Source of the DNA: an uncultured archaeon
GTDB taxonomy: Archaea > Thermoplasmatota > Penumbrarchaeia > JASLWR01
Length of the DNA: 64,000 bases
NCBI GenBank assembly: GCA_964430885.1
Contig: CAYSHM010000014.1
Span: 1 to 64,000, forward strand
Reading direction: 5' to 3'
Below the pieces are notes generated by a model that worked only from the letters and a program-made list of their open reading frames with translations, had not been told where the DNA came from and did no database searches. How positions within the stretch are numbered: the stretch's first letter is position 1; each line of letters opens with the position of its first letter. Below, piece by piece: positions 42,226 to 51,614 of this stretch. The translations under genes were made by a program, and so were the position numbers.

Positions 42226-42951
42226 TTGACTAAATTACATCTTGATGACGACTTCATCAATAAAATAAATCAAAAATATTCCCGTCCATTTATACAAATC
42301 AATGCTGCTTCATCAATGGATGGAAAGATTGCCGGATTAAACGGAACAAGATTAGAAATCTCCCCAAAGGAAGATTTTGAACGGGTTCACGAACTCCGTT
42401 CCTCCCTTGATTCCATATTGGTTGGGATCGATACAATAATCAATGATGACCCTCGGCTGATGGTCAAAGAACTGTTTACCGATAATAGGCCCTTAAAACA
42501 TCCAACAAGATTGATTTTGGATTCCAAAGGCAGAATTGACTCGGGTAAAAGACTTTTTAATTCCTCGACTCCCACAATTATTATTACTTCATTTGATGCT
42601 TTGAACAACCTAAGGGATAGATTCAGATCCAAGGGGAATGTTGAAATCCAAGGTGTCCACAGCAATAAATCCGGTTTATTGGAAGTTGAAAAACTTTTCC
42701 CTTATCTACTCGAAAGGGAAATTCGATCGATCCTTGTTGAAGGTGGAAGTAAGGTAATTTCATATTTTATCAGAAATGGGTTGTTTGACGTATTAACCAT
42801 CTTCATCAGCTTCTTCTTTATCGGAGGTAGTGATGCGCCTCCTCTCATAGGAGGGAAATCTGCGTCTATTTTAAAAGATACCATCCGTTTAGGTAAACCC
42901 GATATAGAAATTTTGGACGAAGGATTATTGATAAGCTATACAAATCTCTAA
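42226..42951 (+). CDS. RibD C-terminal-type reductase (2,5-diamino-6-ribosylamino-pyrimidinone 5'-phosphate reductase)
   Basis: RPFIQINAASSMDGKI, VHELR...DSILVG..TI..DDPRL, ILVEGG. Confidence 0.85.
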   Translation: MTKLHLDDDFINKINQKYSRPFIQINAASSMDGKIAGLNGTRLEISPKEDFERVHELRSSLDSILVGIDTIINDDPRLMVKELFTDNRPLKHPTRLILDSKGRIDSGKRLFNSSTPTIIITSFDALNNLRDRFRSKGNVEIQGVHSNKSGLLEVEKLFPYLLEREIRSILVEGGSKVISYFIRNGLFDVLTIFISFFFIGGSDAPPLIGGKSASILKDTIRLGKPDIEILDEGLLISYTNL

Positions 42952-43138
42952 TTCAATTATCGATTCAATTTTTTCCATCCCTTTCTAGTTTGAATGAGCC
43001 ATCCATAATCATCAAACTATTCTCCCCTCTTTCATTTCATTAAAGGTCATTTTATATAAGGTATTGAATTATTGTTCTTGCTACCTTTATTAACAATTTA
43101 ACCTGATAATTATTGAATACCTAAACTGGGATGAGTTA

Positions 43139-43618
43139 ATGGGAAATGAGGAATTGACTTTCTTATGCGACAGGATGCTGGGGAAATTGTGCAGATGGCT
43201 CAGGTTTTTAGGATTCGATTCGTCATTTACCCCCGATATTAAAGATAGATTAATTATACAAATTGCCCATAGGGAGAATAGAATACTACTGACCCGTGAT
43301 AAAGGAATATCCAGAATGAATCTCATGAATATTGGATTCATGTTGATCCATGCTGTAGATCTGGAATCTCAACTTGCAGAAGTTAACAAAAAGTATGATC
43401 TCATTCAAAATGCGGTTAAAAATGATACGATCCTCAATAGATGTTCTATCTGCAACAATATCCTTATAGAAGCGGAAAAAAAAGTTGTGAAAAAGGGGGT
43501 GCCAGAAGGGATTTTTTCGGTAGAAAACAATTTCTGGCATTGTGGCAAATGCAATAAGTATTATTGGCCAGGAAGTCATTATGAGGAAATACTTAAAAAA
43601 ATAGAAACATTGAAATAA
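43139..43618 (+). CDS. Mut7-C RNase domain protein (PIN-like plus zinc ribbon)
   Basis: FLCDRMLGKLCRWLRFLGFD, RILLTRD, RCSICN, FWHCGKCNKYYWPGSH. Confidence 0.88.
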   Translation: MGNEELTFLCDRMLGKLCRWLRFLGFDSSFTPDIKDRLIIQIAHRENRILLTRDKGISRMNLMNIGFMLIHAVDLESQLAEVNKKYDLIQNAVKNDTILNRCSICNNILIEAEKKVVKKGVPEGIFSVENNFWHCGKCNKYYWPGSHYEEILKKIETLK

Positions 43619-43750
43619 ATCCATGACATTCAATTAAGTCATTATTAATCATTAAAAATTATAGGGAAAAAAAGTATAATATACTTTGATTTGACCTAAT
43701 CATTCAGTTCTATTCGAATCAGATATTATTTATTATTATTATTATGGGAA

Positions 43751-44932
43751 GTGTTGGTTTTGGCTGACGATTACTATGGAATACTGGAAATAGATAGGGA
43801 TGCCTCGCAGGCTGAAGTAAAGAAAGCATATAGGAGATTAGCTCGAAAATATCATCCGGATGCAAATCCTGATGACCCTTCAGCAGCCGATAAATTCCGT
43901 CTTCTAAAAGAAGCATTCGATATATTATCCGATCCTCTTGAGAGGGATAAATACGACCATCAAGGTCCAGGGGGAGATGACTTCGATAATGATTATGATA
44001 TGAATAATCAGAGTCAGGCTTCATCTTATGGAACGCCGCCGCCTCCATCAAGACCATCTAACGGTTATTATTCCAATGCTGACCAATACAATCAACCACC
44101 TAGCACCCCTGATCCTAGGCCGCCTACTCCGCACCACCAAGATACTATTGGGATGCAGGCGGGGGCAGACCTGAAATATGACCTAGAGATAACATTTGAG
44201 GAAAGTATATACGGACTTGAAACAGAACTAGAAGTACCCATAATGGCCGAATGTAATGTATGCCAGGGAATTGGAATCAGACCTGGAGCGCCTCAAGTCC
44301 CTTGTGCGGTTTGCAATGGAATGGGTGAAGTGAGCCAAAATATGTATGGCAGGGGTGGAAGAAATCTTATTTGCGATACCTGTCAAGGTACGGGAATCAG
44401 TCCCGAATATCTTTGCATGAACTGCCAAGGGAACGGGCGTGTTCGATCTGTCAGGAATGTATATGTCAAGGTTCCACCAGGGGTCGAAAATGGGGCCAGA
44501 TTGAGAATAAGGAATATGGGAGAACCGGGAATTAGAGGGGGGCCTGCAGGCGATTTATATGTTATGATTTACATTCTTGAGCACGACATCTTTGAAAGAC
44601 ATGGTAACGAGATACTCTGTGAAGCCACAATCTCATTACTTCAAGCTTCATTAGGAGCGGAAATCGAGGTTCCGACGATAGAAGGAAAAGCGGTTATAAA
44701 GATCCCACCAGGGACACAGACTGGGACTATCTTCAGATTGAGGGGGAAAGGGGTCCCTGATGTGAGAACAAAAGAAAGAGGGGACCAGCATGTCAAAATT
44801 ACGGTCATTACTCCTACCAATTTGAACAAGAATGCAAAAAATCTGCTCTGGAAATTCGGGAAAGAGATCGGAGAGGACATGGATTCGATCCTAATGCGCA
44901 GGGGTAAATCCAAACCTGCAAGAAAGAGATGA
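43751..44932 (+). CDS. dnaJ: DnaJ (class A) chaperone; start may be TTG 43760
   Basis: DYYGIL..., KKAYRRLARKYHPD, four CxxCxGxG repeats, VKVPPGVENG, GGPAGDLYV, IPPGTQTG..FRLRGKG. Confidence 0.92.
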   Translation: MLVLADDYYGILEIDRDASQAEVKKAYRRLARKYHPDANPDDPSAADKFRLLKEAFDILSDPLERDKYDHQGPGGDDFDNDYDMNNQSQASSYGTPPPPSRPSNGYYSNADQYNQPPSTPDPRPPTPHHQDTIGMQAGADLKYDLEITFEESIYGLETELEVPIMAECNVCQGIGIRPGAPQVPCAVCNGMGEVSQNMYGRGGRNLICDTCQGTGISPEYLCMNCQGNGRVRSVRNVYVKVPPGVENGARLRIRNMGEPGIRGGPAGDLYVMIYILEHDIFERHGNEILCEATISLLQASLGAEIEVPTIEGKAVIKIPPGTQTGTIFRLRGKGVPDVRTKERGDQHVKITVITPTNLNKNAKNLLWKFGKEIGEDMDSILMRRGKSKPARKR

Positions 44933-45006
44933 ATAAAAAGAACTTTCTTTTCAATCTACACTATTATCACAACTAAGTATACTAGCTTTCGTGTGAGGAA
45001 TAATAT

Positions 45007-45516
45007 ATGGCAAAACTTCCAAAAGATATTCTGAATAAAAGGGTTTCACAAGAGATTGCATTAGCAAAGAGAAAACTGCTGCATATAATCGCAATTGAGG
45101 AGGGTGTGATCGAAGATTTTCCTGTTTCTTTGATGGTTACTCTCATTGATGTCGCAGGCCCGGTCTGGAGAGGAGAAGAATTATCTCATAAAAAAACCCA
45201 TCAATTTGAGATAACCATTACCGAGAGCTATCCTTATGAGAAACCTATTGTGAAGTGGAACAGTGAAATATTCCATCCAAATATCAAACTTCCAGAGGAT
45301 GGAGGTGATGTCTGTACTAGACTGCTTGACGGTTGGGGATTTCATTCCAATATTCTAGCTTTCATTAAGGGTGTCGAATCCCTCCTTACCAATCCCAATC
45401 CTCGATCTCCCTGGGGCACTGATTCCTGCACATCTGCAGCCCTTTTCTTCAATACACATGATTATGAACCCCCTGAAGGTAGGATTGATGACATGGGTCC
45501 AAAAATTGTAAAATAG
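45007..45516 (+). CDS. Ubiquitin-conjugating enzyme E2 (UBC fold) with intact catalytic Cys
   Basis: KR..QE N-helix, FEITITESYPYEKPIV.W, IFHPNI....GGDVC..LL..W, I...GVESLLTNPNPRSP. Confidence 0.88.
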   Translation: MAKLPKDILNKRVSQEIALAKRKLLHIIAIEEGVIEDFPVSLMVTLIDVAGPVWRGEELSHKKTHQFEITITESYPYEKPIVKWNSEIFHPNIKLPEDGGDVCTRLLDGWGFHSNILAFIKGVESLLTNPNPRSPWGTDSCTSAALFFNTHDYEPPEGRIDDMGPKIVK

Positions 45517-45648
45517 AAACCCGTGAAAATCTTAGAAGCTGTTGTGCTGTTAGAAGTTGGATCCTGAATCTTTAAAGGGTAAATGTAACAGACAGAATGG
45601 ATCAGACGGGAAATTGGAAATATTGTATGTTGTGAGTTAATCCACTAT

Positions 45649-46518
45649 CTACATTTTTCTAGCTTTTTGAACCTGTAGAAGATCCTCAGTGGATAATTTC
45701 CCGCCTTCCTTAAACTGCTGAAATATATTCTCTGCCAAACCCTTATCCTTTTTCTTCTTTATCTTCTCAGAAGCCTTCTTCTTCTTACGGATCAATTTAC
45801 CTAATATCTTATCTAAATCACGAATGTGGATGATGTATTGAGTATGAGCCCTGTGTTCAACATCAGCCTTTGTTTTATATTCTACAAATTCCTGCTGTTT
45901 CTCATCACCCAGTTTTCGATATTTCCGAATATTCTTCTTTGATTCTATCATTTCTTCATGATATTGCTGGGCTTTTTGGGCATACTCATTGACCTTCTGA
46001 TGTTCATCCTCGGCATTCTGATGGACCTCTTTTTTCCTGAGAATGACCTCACGAGTTTTTTCATTCTCTTCAAATTCCCTCTCTCTCTTCCTTATTTTCT
46101 CCATCAGTTCTTTTATTTTATCAATAAGTTCTCTCTCTTTTTTTGAGTCCATCGCTTCGGTCTGCTGTTTCATCTCCAGCTCTTTCACTTCATTACGGAG
46201 AGCACCCATAGAACGACCCATTTTAGGTCTTAATTTGGCCTGCAGTTCTACGATTTTCAGATGAAGTTCCCTGGCTTCCTTATTATATTGGTTCCTTAAC
46301 TTCTTAGATTCAAAAACCTTTACGTTCAAATCATCCCTCATCTTCTTGAGATCTCTGCTTCTAGAAAGGTTTTCTCTGACCAGGCTGTTATAATGATCTC
46401 GTTCCTTGGCTTTTATTCTGGTATTCTTGTTTAGATCATTTCTTTTTTGCCGATGTTCTTTAGCCTTATCAGACAAAAATCGTCTTTTCTCTTGTAATCG
46501 CTCAGTAATCTTTCTCAT
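45649..46518 (-). CDS. Archaeal long coiled-coil protein (COG1340-like)
   Basis: K/E/R-rich heptads, RDDLN, LEMKQQT...KKERELI, H..V...A..AQ.YHEEM, FKEGGKLSTEDL. Confidence 0.75.
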   Translation of the reverse strand: MRKITERLQEKRRFLSDKAKEHRQKRNDLNKNTRIKAKERDHYNSLVRENLSRSRDLKKMRDDLNVKVFESKKLRNQYNKEARELHLKIVELQAKLRPKMGRSMGALRNEVKELEMKQQTEAMDSKKERELIDKIKELMEKIRKREREFEENEKTREVILRKKEVHQNAEDEHQKVNEYAQKAQQYHEEMIESKKNIRKYRKLGDEKQQEFVEYKTKADVEHRAHTQYIIHIRDLDKILGKLIRKKKKASEKIKKKKDKGLAENIFQQFKEGGKLSTEDLLQVQKARKM

Positions 46519-46730
46519 CGTATCCTGCCACTAATTCAATATTTTCCCAAAAAGGACTTTCATACATCTTACTCTTAAAAACATATGACCAATGCTTTTA
46601 TTTAAGCTACACTTTACTTGCTTACAAATAAACACTCACCAAATCCAAAAGGACTGAAGCGGTAGCGTGAACACTAAAAAACTCTTTAAATCTTTCTATG
46701 CTGATTGATAATAATGGAGATTGAAAAGCT

Positions 46731-48140
46731 TCAATATGAAATATTTCCCTGAAAAGCCTCTTCTATAAGGCGCTCGTATTCTTCTGAAGTGATCTCCCCT
46801 TTCTCGAATTTATCCGCCAACATTTCAAAATAATGCTTCAATTTTTCATCTTCATCCTCAAATTGATAATTATCGTAGGATTCCTCTGAGATGTCCTTAG
46901 ATTCTTCGACATTGTCGTCATCATCTAGGGGTACTGCTACAACCTCTTTATCAAACCCTTCGGTTCCCCCGTAATCCAATATTTCTGCTTTGGTTTCAGC
47001 CATAGACTCCCACTCATCATCTCCAGTATACCTTAGTTCCTCAATGTCTTCTTCGGTGATCTCATGGCCTTCATAGATGTCAACTTCTTCGATCTCCTCT
47101 TCCTGATCTGCATGAAGATAACTAAGCTGATCATGGGGTGAAACCTCAGAGAAATCATCCTCTTCCAGGTTAGTCAAATCCCGTCTTCTATCGACCTGAG
47201 GAGTTCTAGGGAATTTATCCCTTTTATGTCTAAGATAACAATTTGCGCACATAGCTGGTTCTGAACGTCTTCTCTCACCCCTGAAATCGATCTCGCAAGT
47301 GGCACAGAATAGATTTTCACATTCGTTGCAGCGAATACTCCTATTATCTTTTGATATTGGGTTTCTGCAGTAAGGACATAAATGCGACTCCCTGGCAGGT
47401 GTGAAATCCAACTCGTCCTCACCATCCGCCTGTGCAAACATGCTCTGTATGTATTTCCGCCTTTCCTGGTACCTCTTATATTCCTCAATAAACTCTTTCT
47501 CGGTAGGAGTTCTTCTGATTGTCGTCGGTCTCAACCCCAGAGGTCCCATTTTCCTCTCTACTATGAAATCTTCCCGATCCTGGGCATATTCAGGAAAATC
47601 TCCAAACTGTTCTTCAGAATATTCTGTTTGCTGTTTGACCTGCATTTGCTTAGTTTCCTGCTGCGCCTGCTGCTGAGGTTGTGGTTGTTGGGGTTGTTCC
47701 TGAATCTGATTTTGAATCTGCTGGTTTAAGAATGGCGCCTGCTGCTGAGGCTTGGGTTGTTCATTTTGCTGTGGCTGATAACCGCCGTAATTATATACTG
47801 AATGGCTAGAATGATCCACCGCGGGAGAATGATCATATTTATCATCCGCCTCCTCTCGGCATGCCTCTTTGTTTCGAAGGGCCGATTCATTCATAGGGTT
47901 TATCTTCAGGGCCTTATTGAAACATTTCAATGCAGACTCATAATCCTTCATCTTGCTGTAAGCAAGGCCCATATTATTCCAAGCCCCATCATGAGAGGGT
48001 CGGTATTCCAGAGCCTTCATATAATAAGCAATTGCTGCCGGATAGTTCTTCCGCCTGAACTCATAATTGCCCTTTTCTTTGAACTTCTCTGCCTGGGTTG
48101 TTGAGTCCATATCCCTAGCATAACGACTATCTGCTCTCAT
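46731..48140 (-). CDS. TPR repeats, Q-rich linker, 8-Cys zinc finger, acidic region and SHOCT-like C-terminus
   Basis: KEKGN..F....Y..AI..Y.KAL, AWNNMG.AY....DYESALKCFNKALKINP; CPYC-x12-CNEC-x4-CATC-x15-CANC; FEKGEITSEEYE. Confidence 0.8.
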   Translation of the reverse strand: MRADSRYARDMDSTTQAEKFKEKGNYEFRRKNYPAAIAYYMKALEYRPSHDGAWNNMGLAYSKMKDYESALKCFNKALKINPMNESALRNKEACREEADDKYDHSPAVDHSSHSVYNYGGYQPQQNEQPKPQQQAPFLNQQIQNQIQEQPQQPQPQQQAQQETKQMQVKQQTEYSEEQFGDFPEYAQDREDFIVERKMGPLGLRPTTIRRTPTEKEFIEEYKRYQERRKYIQSMFAQADGEDELDFTPARESHLCPYCRNPISKDNRSIRCNECENLFCATCEIDFRGERRRSEPAMCANCYLRHKRDKFPRTPQVDRRRDLTNLEEDDFSEVSPHDQLSYLHADQEEEIEEVDIYEGHEITEEDIEELRYTGDDEWESMAETKAEILDYGGTEGFDKEVVAVPLDDDDNVEESKDISEESYDNYQFEDEDEKLKHYFEMLADKFEKGEITSEEYERLIEEAFQGNISY

Positions 48141-48451
48141 GATTCACCACATCGTTATTGTTTTACTTGATACTTAACCTGAAACAACTAGTTCATATTT
48201 AATCTTACCCTATCTCAATTGGTCAATAATGAACATTTTGGAAGATATTTTACCTAAATCAATCAAATTCTTCATTGATTTGTTATCCCTTGAACTGATA
48301 AGAAGAAAGATGATTTCCCATATTTTGTTCATTACAACAATTAAATAAGGAATCCAACCGTATATAAAATTTTTCAGCATATATAAATTGTAAAAAACTA
48401 TAAATCGAGGGATATAAATAGTGGTTCAGGTTTTCTAATGCAGGTGATCCA

Positions 48452-49042
48452 TTGGCGAGCAATGATAAAAAGGTTTATACCGCTGGAATTGTGATTTTTC
48501 TTTTAGCCTTGATAGGTGCTTTAGTTACAGGTGAAAATGTAACAATTAAAACAAGCATATCTGGAGCATCAATCGATTTCTCGCAATATGAGAAGAAGGT
48601 CAGCCTGCCATTCAATGATGCAAAATATGCTGACGAAGGAACTCCTTTGAAGGAAACCTATACTGTCCCTGACCTCAATGTTTGCAACCTCAGTTATAGA
48701 TTGACTTGGACCGATGAAGAGGATATGGGGTGGATCGGAAGTTCACCGAACCATGAAAACCAACCTGACGCTTTTACGATAACAATCGAATCCCCGGACG
48801 GCTCTGTAAAAAAAACCGATAGCGGTTCCAATAGCTATGGGCAGGATGGATTGATTGAAGGGGTTGTGGAATTACCCATTTCCAGCATTCCCAGCCAAAA
48901 CGGTACCGGAAATTGGAACATTACCATATCAGTTGATGCAGGCGATCATGAACCTGCAAGGATAGGGCTATTCCGATTCCTTGACAACGGGAACGATTAT
49001 AATCTTGAACTATCCCATGAATATTATACACCAAAAAAATAA
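48452..49042 (+). CDS. Membrane-anchored extracellular hypothetical protein
   Basis: N-terminal TM, beta-rich body (LTWTDE, ITIESPDG, GNWNITI); CAGGTGA RBS before TTG; 5 bp upstream of the OPT gene. Confidence 0.7.
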   Translation: MASNDKKVYTAGIVIFLLALIGALVTGENVTIKTSISGASIDFSQYEKKVSLPFNDAKYADEGTPLKETYTVPDLNVCNLSYRLTWTDEEDMGWIGSSPNHENQPDAFTITIESPDGSVKKTDSGSNSYGQDGLIEGVVELPISSIPSQNGTGNWNITISVDAGDHEPARIGLFRFLDNGNDYNLELSHEYYTPKK

Positions 49043-49047
49043 GCTAA

Positions 49048-51078
49048 ATGACTCAAGGTAGTGGCGATACAATGACATCTGATGAACTTGAACCATATAT
49101 CAAAGCTGACCAATCTTTGCCCGAGCTTACTTTGAGGGCCATGATAGTAGGTGCTCTATTAACAATTATGATGGCAGCAGCAAATGCCTATTTGGGTCTT
49201 TATGCCGGAATGACCGTGTCTGCCACAATTCCTGCTGTTGTTATGGCTTTAGCCATTTTGAAACCCATGAGAGCAAACATACTGGAGATTAATCAGGCAA
49301 AATGTGTGGCTGTAGCTGGTGAATCTCTTGCTGCAGGTGTTATTTTTACGATTCCCGCGTTGGTTGTACTTCACAGAATGACGGAAGGAATGGCTGGATG
49401 GAGCAATCTTTGGGGCAGTGGCGGTTCCCACATCTACTTGTCCATCGTCATCGCCTTGATGGGTGGATTACTCGGTGTACTCTTCACAATACCTTTAAGA
49501 AATGTTCTTATAAAAGATTTAGCTCTTCCATTTCCCGAAGGAGTAGCTTCTGCGGAAGTACTGAAGAGCTGTGAAAAAGGCGGTTCAGGAATGAAAATCG
49601 TTTTCAGCGCCTTGGGGATGGGTGCATTATTCAAATATATCGGATCTCCCTTCGGGTTCAGTCTTTGGAAGGAGAAATTCGAAACTGTAATTGGGTCAGG
49701 CAAGGTAAGGATGTATGGCGGATTGAACCTATCTCCTGCATTATTGGGTGTCGGTTTTATTTTGGGACCAAAAATATCCGGATTGGTATTTCTTGGTGGC
49801 GCTATCGGATGGATCTTTATGCTTCCGGTCATCGGAGCAATATTGGGTTGGCCTGTATCAGGACTATCATACGAACTGAACGGCGGCGGAGCGGTGGGAT
49901 CTGTTTGGCAGGTTTGGTTTGAAAATACTCTTTATGTTGGTGTTGGAGCCATTGTTACCGGAGGAATCTGGACCCTTTTCAAGATGAGAAAAGCAATATC
50001 AAAGGGTGTGGGAGAGGCACTTAAGGGCGCTAGAAACCAGGATGATGAGGAAGAGGTTATCAGAACGGAAAAGGACTTCAACTTGAAACTATGGTTCTTC
50101 CTTGTAATATCTGTTATTGTTGGAGTGGTCTATTACATAGCTACAGAAAATATACTTGCCACACTTGTTGCAACTATCATGATGTTCTTTGCCACATTTG
50201 TATTTACTGCCATTGCGGGTTATTTGGCAGGGGTGGTTGGATCTTCCAACAATCCCATATCCGGAGTCACTGTAGCAACTTTGCTATTCACAGCTCTAAT
50301 ACTGCTCATACTCCCTGTGGACAAGTATATAGGAATGACTGCAACCATAATAGTAGGTGGTGTGGTCTGCGTTAGTGCAGCTATAGCCGGTGACTCCATG
50401 CAGGAATTAAAAACAGGACAGCTACTCGGTGCAACTCCCTATTATCTCCAGATTGCTAGATTCCTAGGTGTAATAATTGCAGCTTTAATTGTACCTTTTG
50501 TTGTCTATATGCTTGACAGCGTATATCAGATCGGAAGTGCCAACCTCATAGCACCTCAGGCTACAGTAATGGCGACCATTGCCAAAGGAGTATTTCAATG
50601 GGACCTGAACTTCCTTATGTTCTTCATCGGCGTTGGATTAGCTATCGTACTAATCATACTTGACCTGAGTGTTATGGCGGTAGCTATCGGTATCTATCTT
50701 CCCTTCACACTCACATTGCCTATTATGTTGGGAGGTATAATCAAATATTTTACAAACTGGACAATAAGCAAAAAGGTCAATGAAGTTCAAGATGTGGACG
50801 AGGAGACAAAGAAAGGCGCTATAAAAAGAATATTGGAAAAAACGGAGAATCCTGGGATATTGATAAGTTCCGGTTTGATCGCCGGAGAGGCAGTTGTAGG
50901 GGTTCTTATTGCTCTATTCTATATCATGAATATTCAACCCACCTTATTCAATTCTCCATCCACTTGGCCCGGTTTCCTAGTATTCATGTACCTTGGTTTT
51001 CTGATATGGTACTTTGTGGTGAGAGGGGTTCTGAAGAATAAAGATGTTATTGAATATTCCAATCACAAAGAACCATAA
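49048..51078 (+). CDS. OPT-family oligopeptide transporter
   Basis: PELTLRA..., AANAYLGL.AG.TVSA.IP, LPFPEG.A.AEVL, GSSNNPISG, LKTG.LLGATP, APQA..M, SSGLIAGE. Confidence 0.92.
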   Translation: MTQGSGDTMTSDELEPYIKADQSLPELTLRAMIVGALLTIMMAAANAYLGLYAGMTVSATIPAVVMALAILKPMRANILEINQAKCVAVAGESLAAGVIFTIPALVVLHRMTEGMAGWSNLWGSGGSHIYLSIVIALMGGLLGVLFTIPLRNVLIKDLALPFPEGVASAEVLKSCEKGGSGMKIVFSALGMGALFKYIGSPFGFSLWKEKFETVIGSGKVRMYGGLNLSPALLGVGFILGPKISGLVFLGGAIGWIFMLPVIGAILGWPVSGLSYELNGGGAVGSVWQVWFENTLYVGVGAIVTGGIWTLFKMRKAISKGVGEALKGARNQDDEEEVIRTEKDFNLKLWFFLVISVIVGVVYYIATENILATLVATIMMFFATFVFTAIAGYLAGVVGSSNNPISGVTVATLLFTALILLILPVDKYIGMTATIIVGGVVCVSAAIAGDSMQELKTGQLLGATPYYLQIARFLGVIIAALIVPFVVYMLDSVYQIGSANLIAPQATVMATIAKGVFQWDLNFLMFFIGVGLAIVLIILDLSVMAVAIGIYLPFTLTLPIMLGGIIKYFTNWTISKKVNEVQDVDEETKKGAIKRILEKTENPGILISSGLIAGEAVVGVLIALFYIMNIQPTLFNSPSTWPGFLVFMYLGFLIWYFVVRGVLKNKDVIEYSNHKEP

Positions 51079-51189
51079 ACCATTTAGATATATTATCGAT
51101 CTATTAAGCATTATATTGATCTAAAAATTTACCTATTTCCAGTAACATCTAATACTCCGACATTATCATCGGGTTTTTCAGCAACATAT

Positions 51190-51585
51190 TTGCATGGTGA
51201 TAAAATAGATAAAAAATCAATTTCATTCGACCATTACCTCCATCTAGTTCCCAAAAGAAATTGCAGATGGTATATCTCAAAGAAAACTGGTCGTTGTGTA
51301 ATTAGAATCAAAAGATTCAAAAAAGAACCTTCATTGTATCAGAGAATCCTGTTAAAATTATTTCATAGGAACGAATATATCAAGATATTCTTAGATGATT
51401 ACGGGTCGGATGTATTCCGTTTCATCAATTCAAAGAATGACATAAAGACAATAGCCAATAAAATCAAATTTAAAAATAAGAGAGATGGGAAAAATATCAA
51501 TTTCAGGCTTATCTCATTTATACTCAATCTAGAAAGCAATGGATTGATCGTGCTGCTAAAACCAAAAACTGACAAAAATCTTTGA
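51190..51585 (+). CDS. PqqD-like / RiPP recognition element-fold protein
   Basis: L.P.R...W, V..I.RF, I.LDDYGSDVF..I......I..IA, RL..F...L...GLI. Confidence 0.6.
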   Translation: MHGDKIDKKSISFDHYLHLVPKRNCRWYISKKTGRCVIRIKRFKKEPSLYQRILLKLFHRNEYIKIFLDDYGSDVFRFINSKNDIKTIANKIKFKNKRDGKNINFRLISFILNLESNGLIVLLKPKTDKNL

Positions 51586-51614
51586 TTATTCCTATTATTA
51601 ATAGGTGCTGGCAT

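Noticed and set aside
42952-48451. Hidden ubiquitin/SAMP or E1 gene near the E2
   Set aside because: No listed ORF here ends in GG or looks beta-grasp or ThiF-like, and the intergenic gaps are short and AT-rich; very short ORFs were not exhaustively excluded
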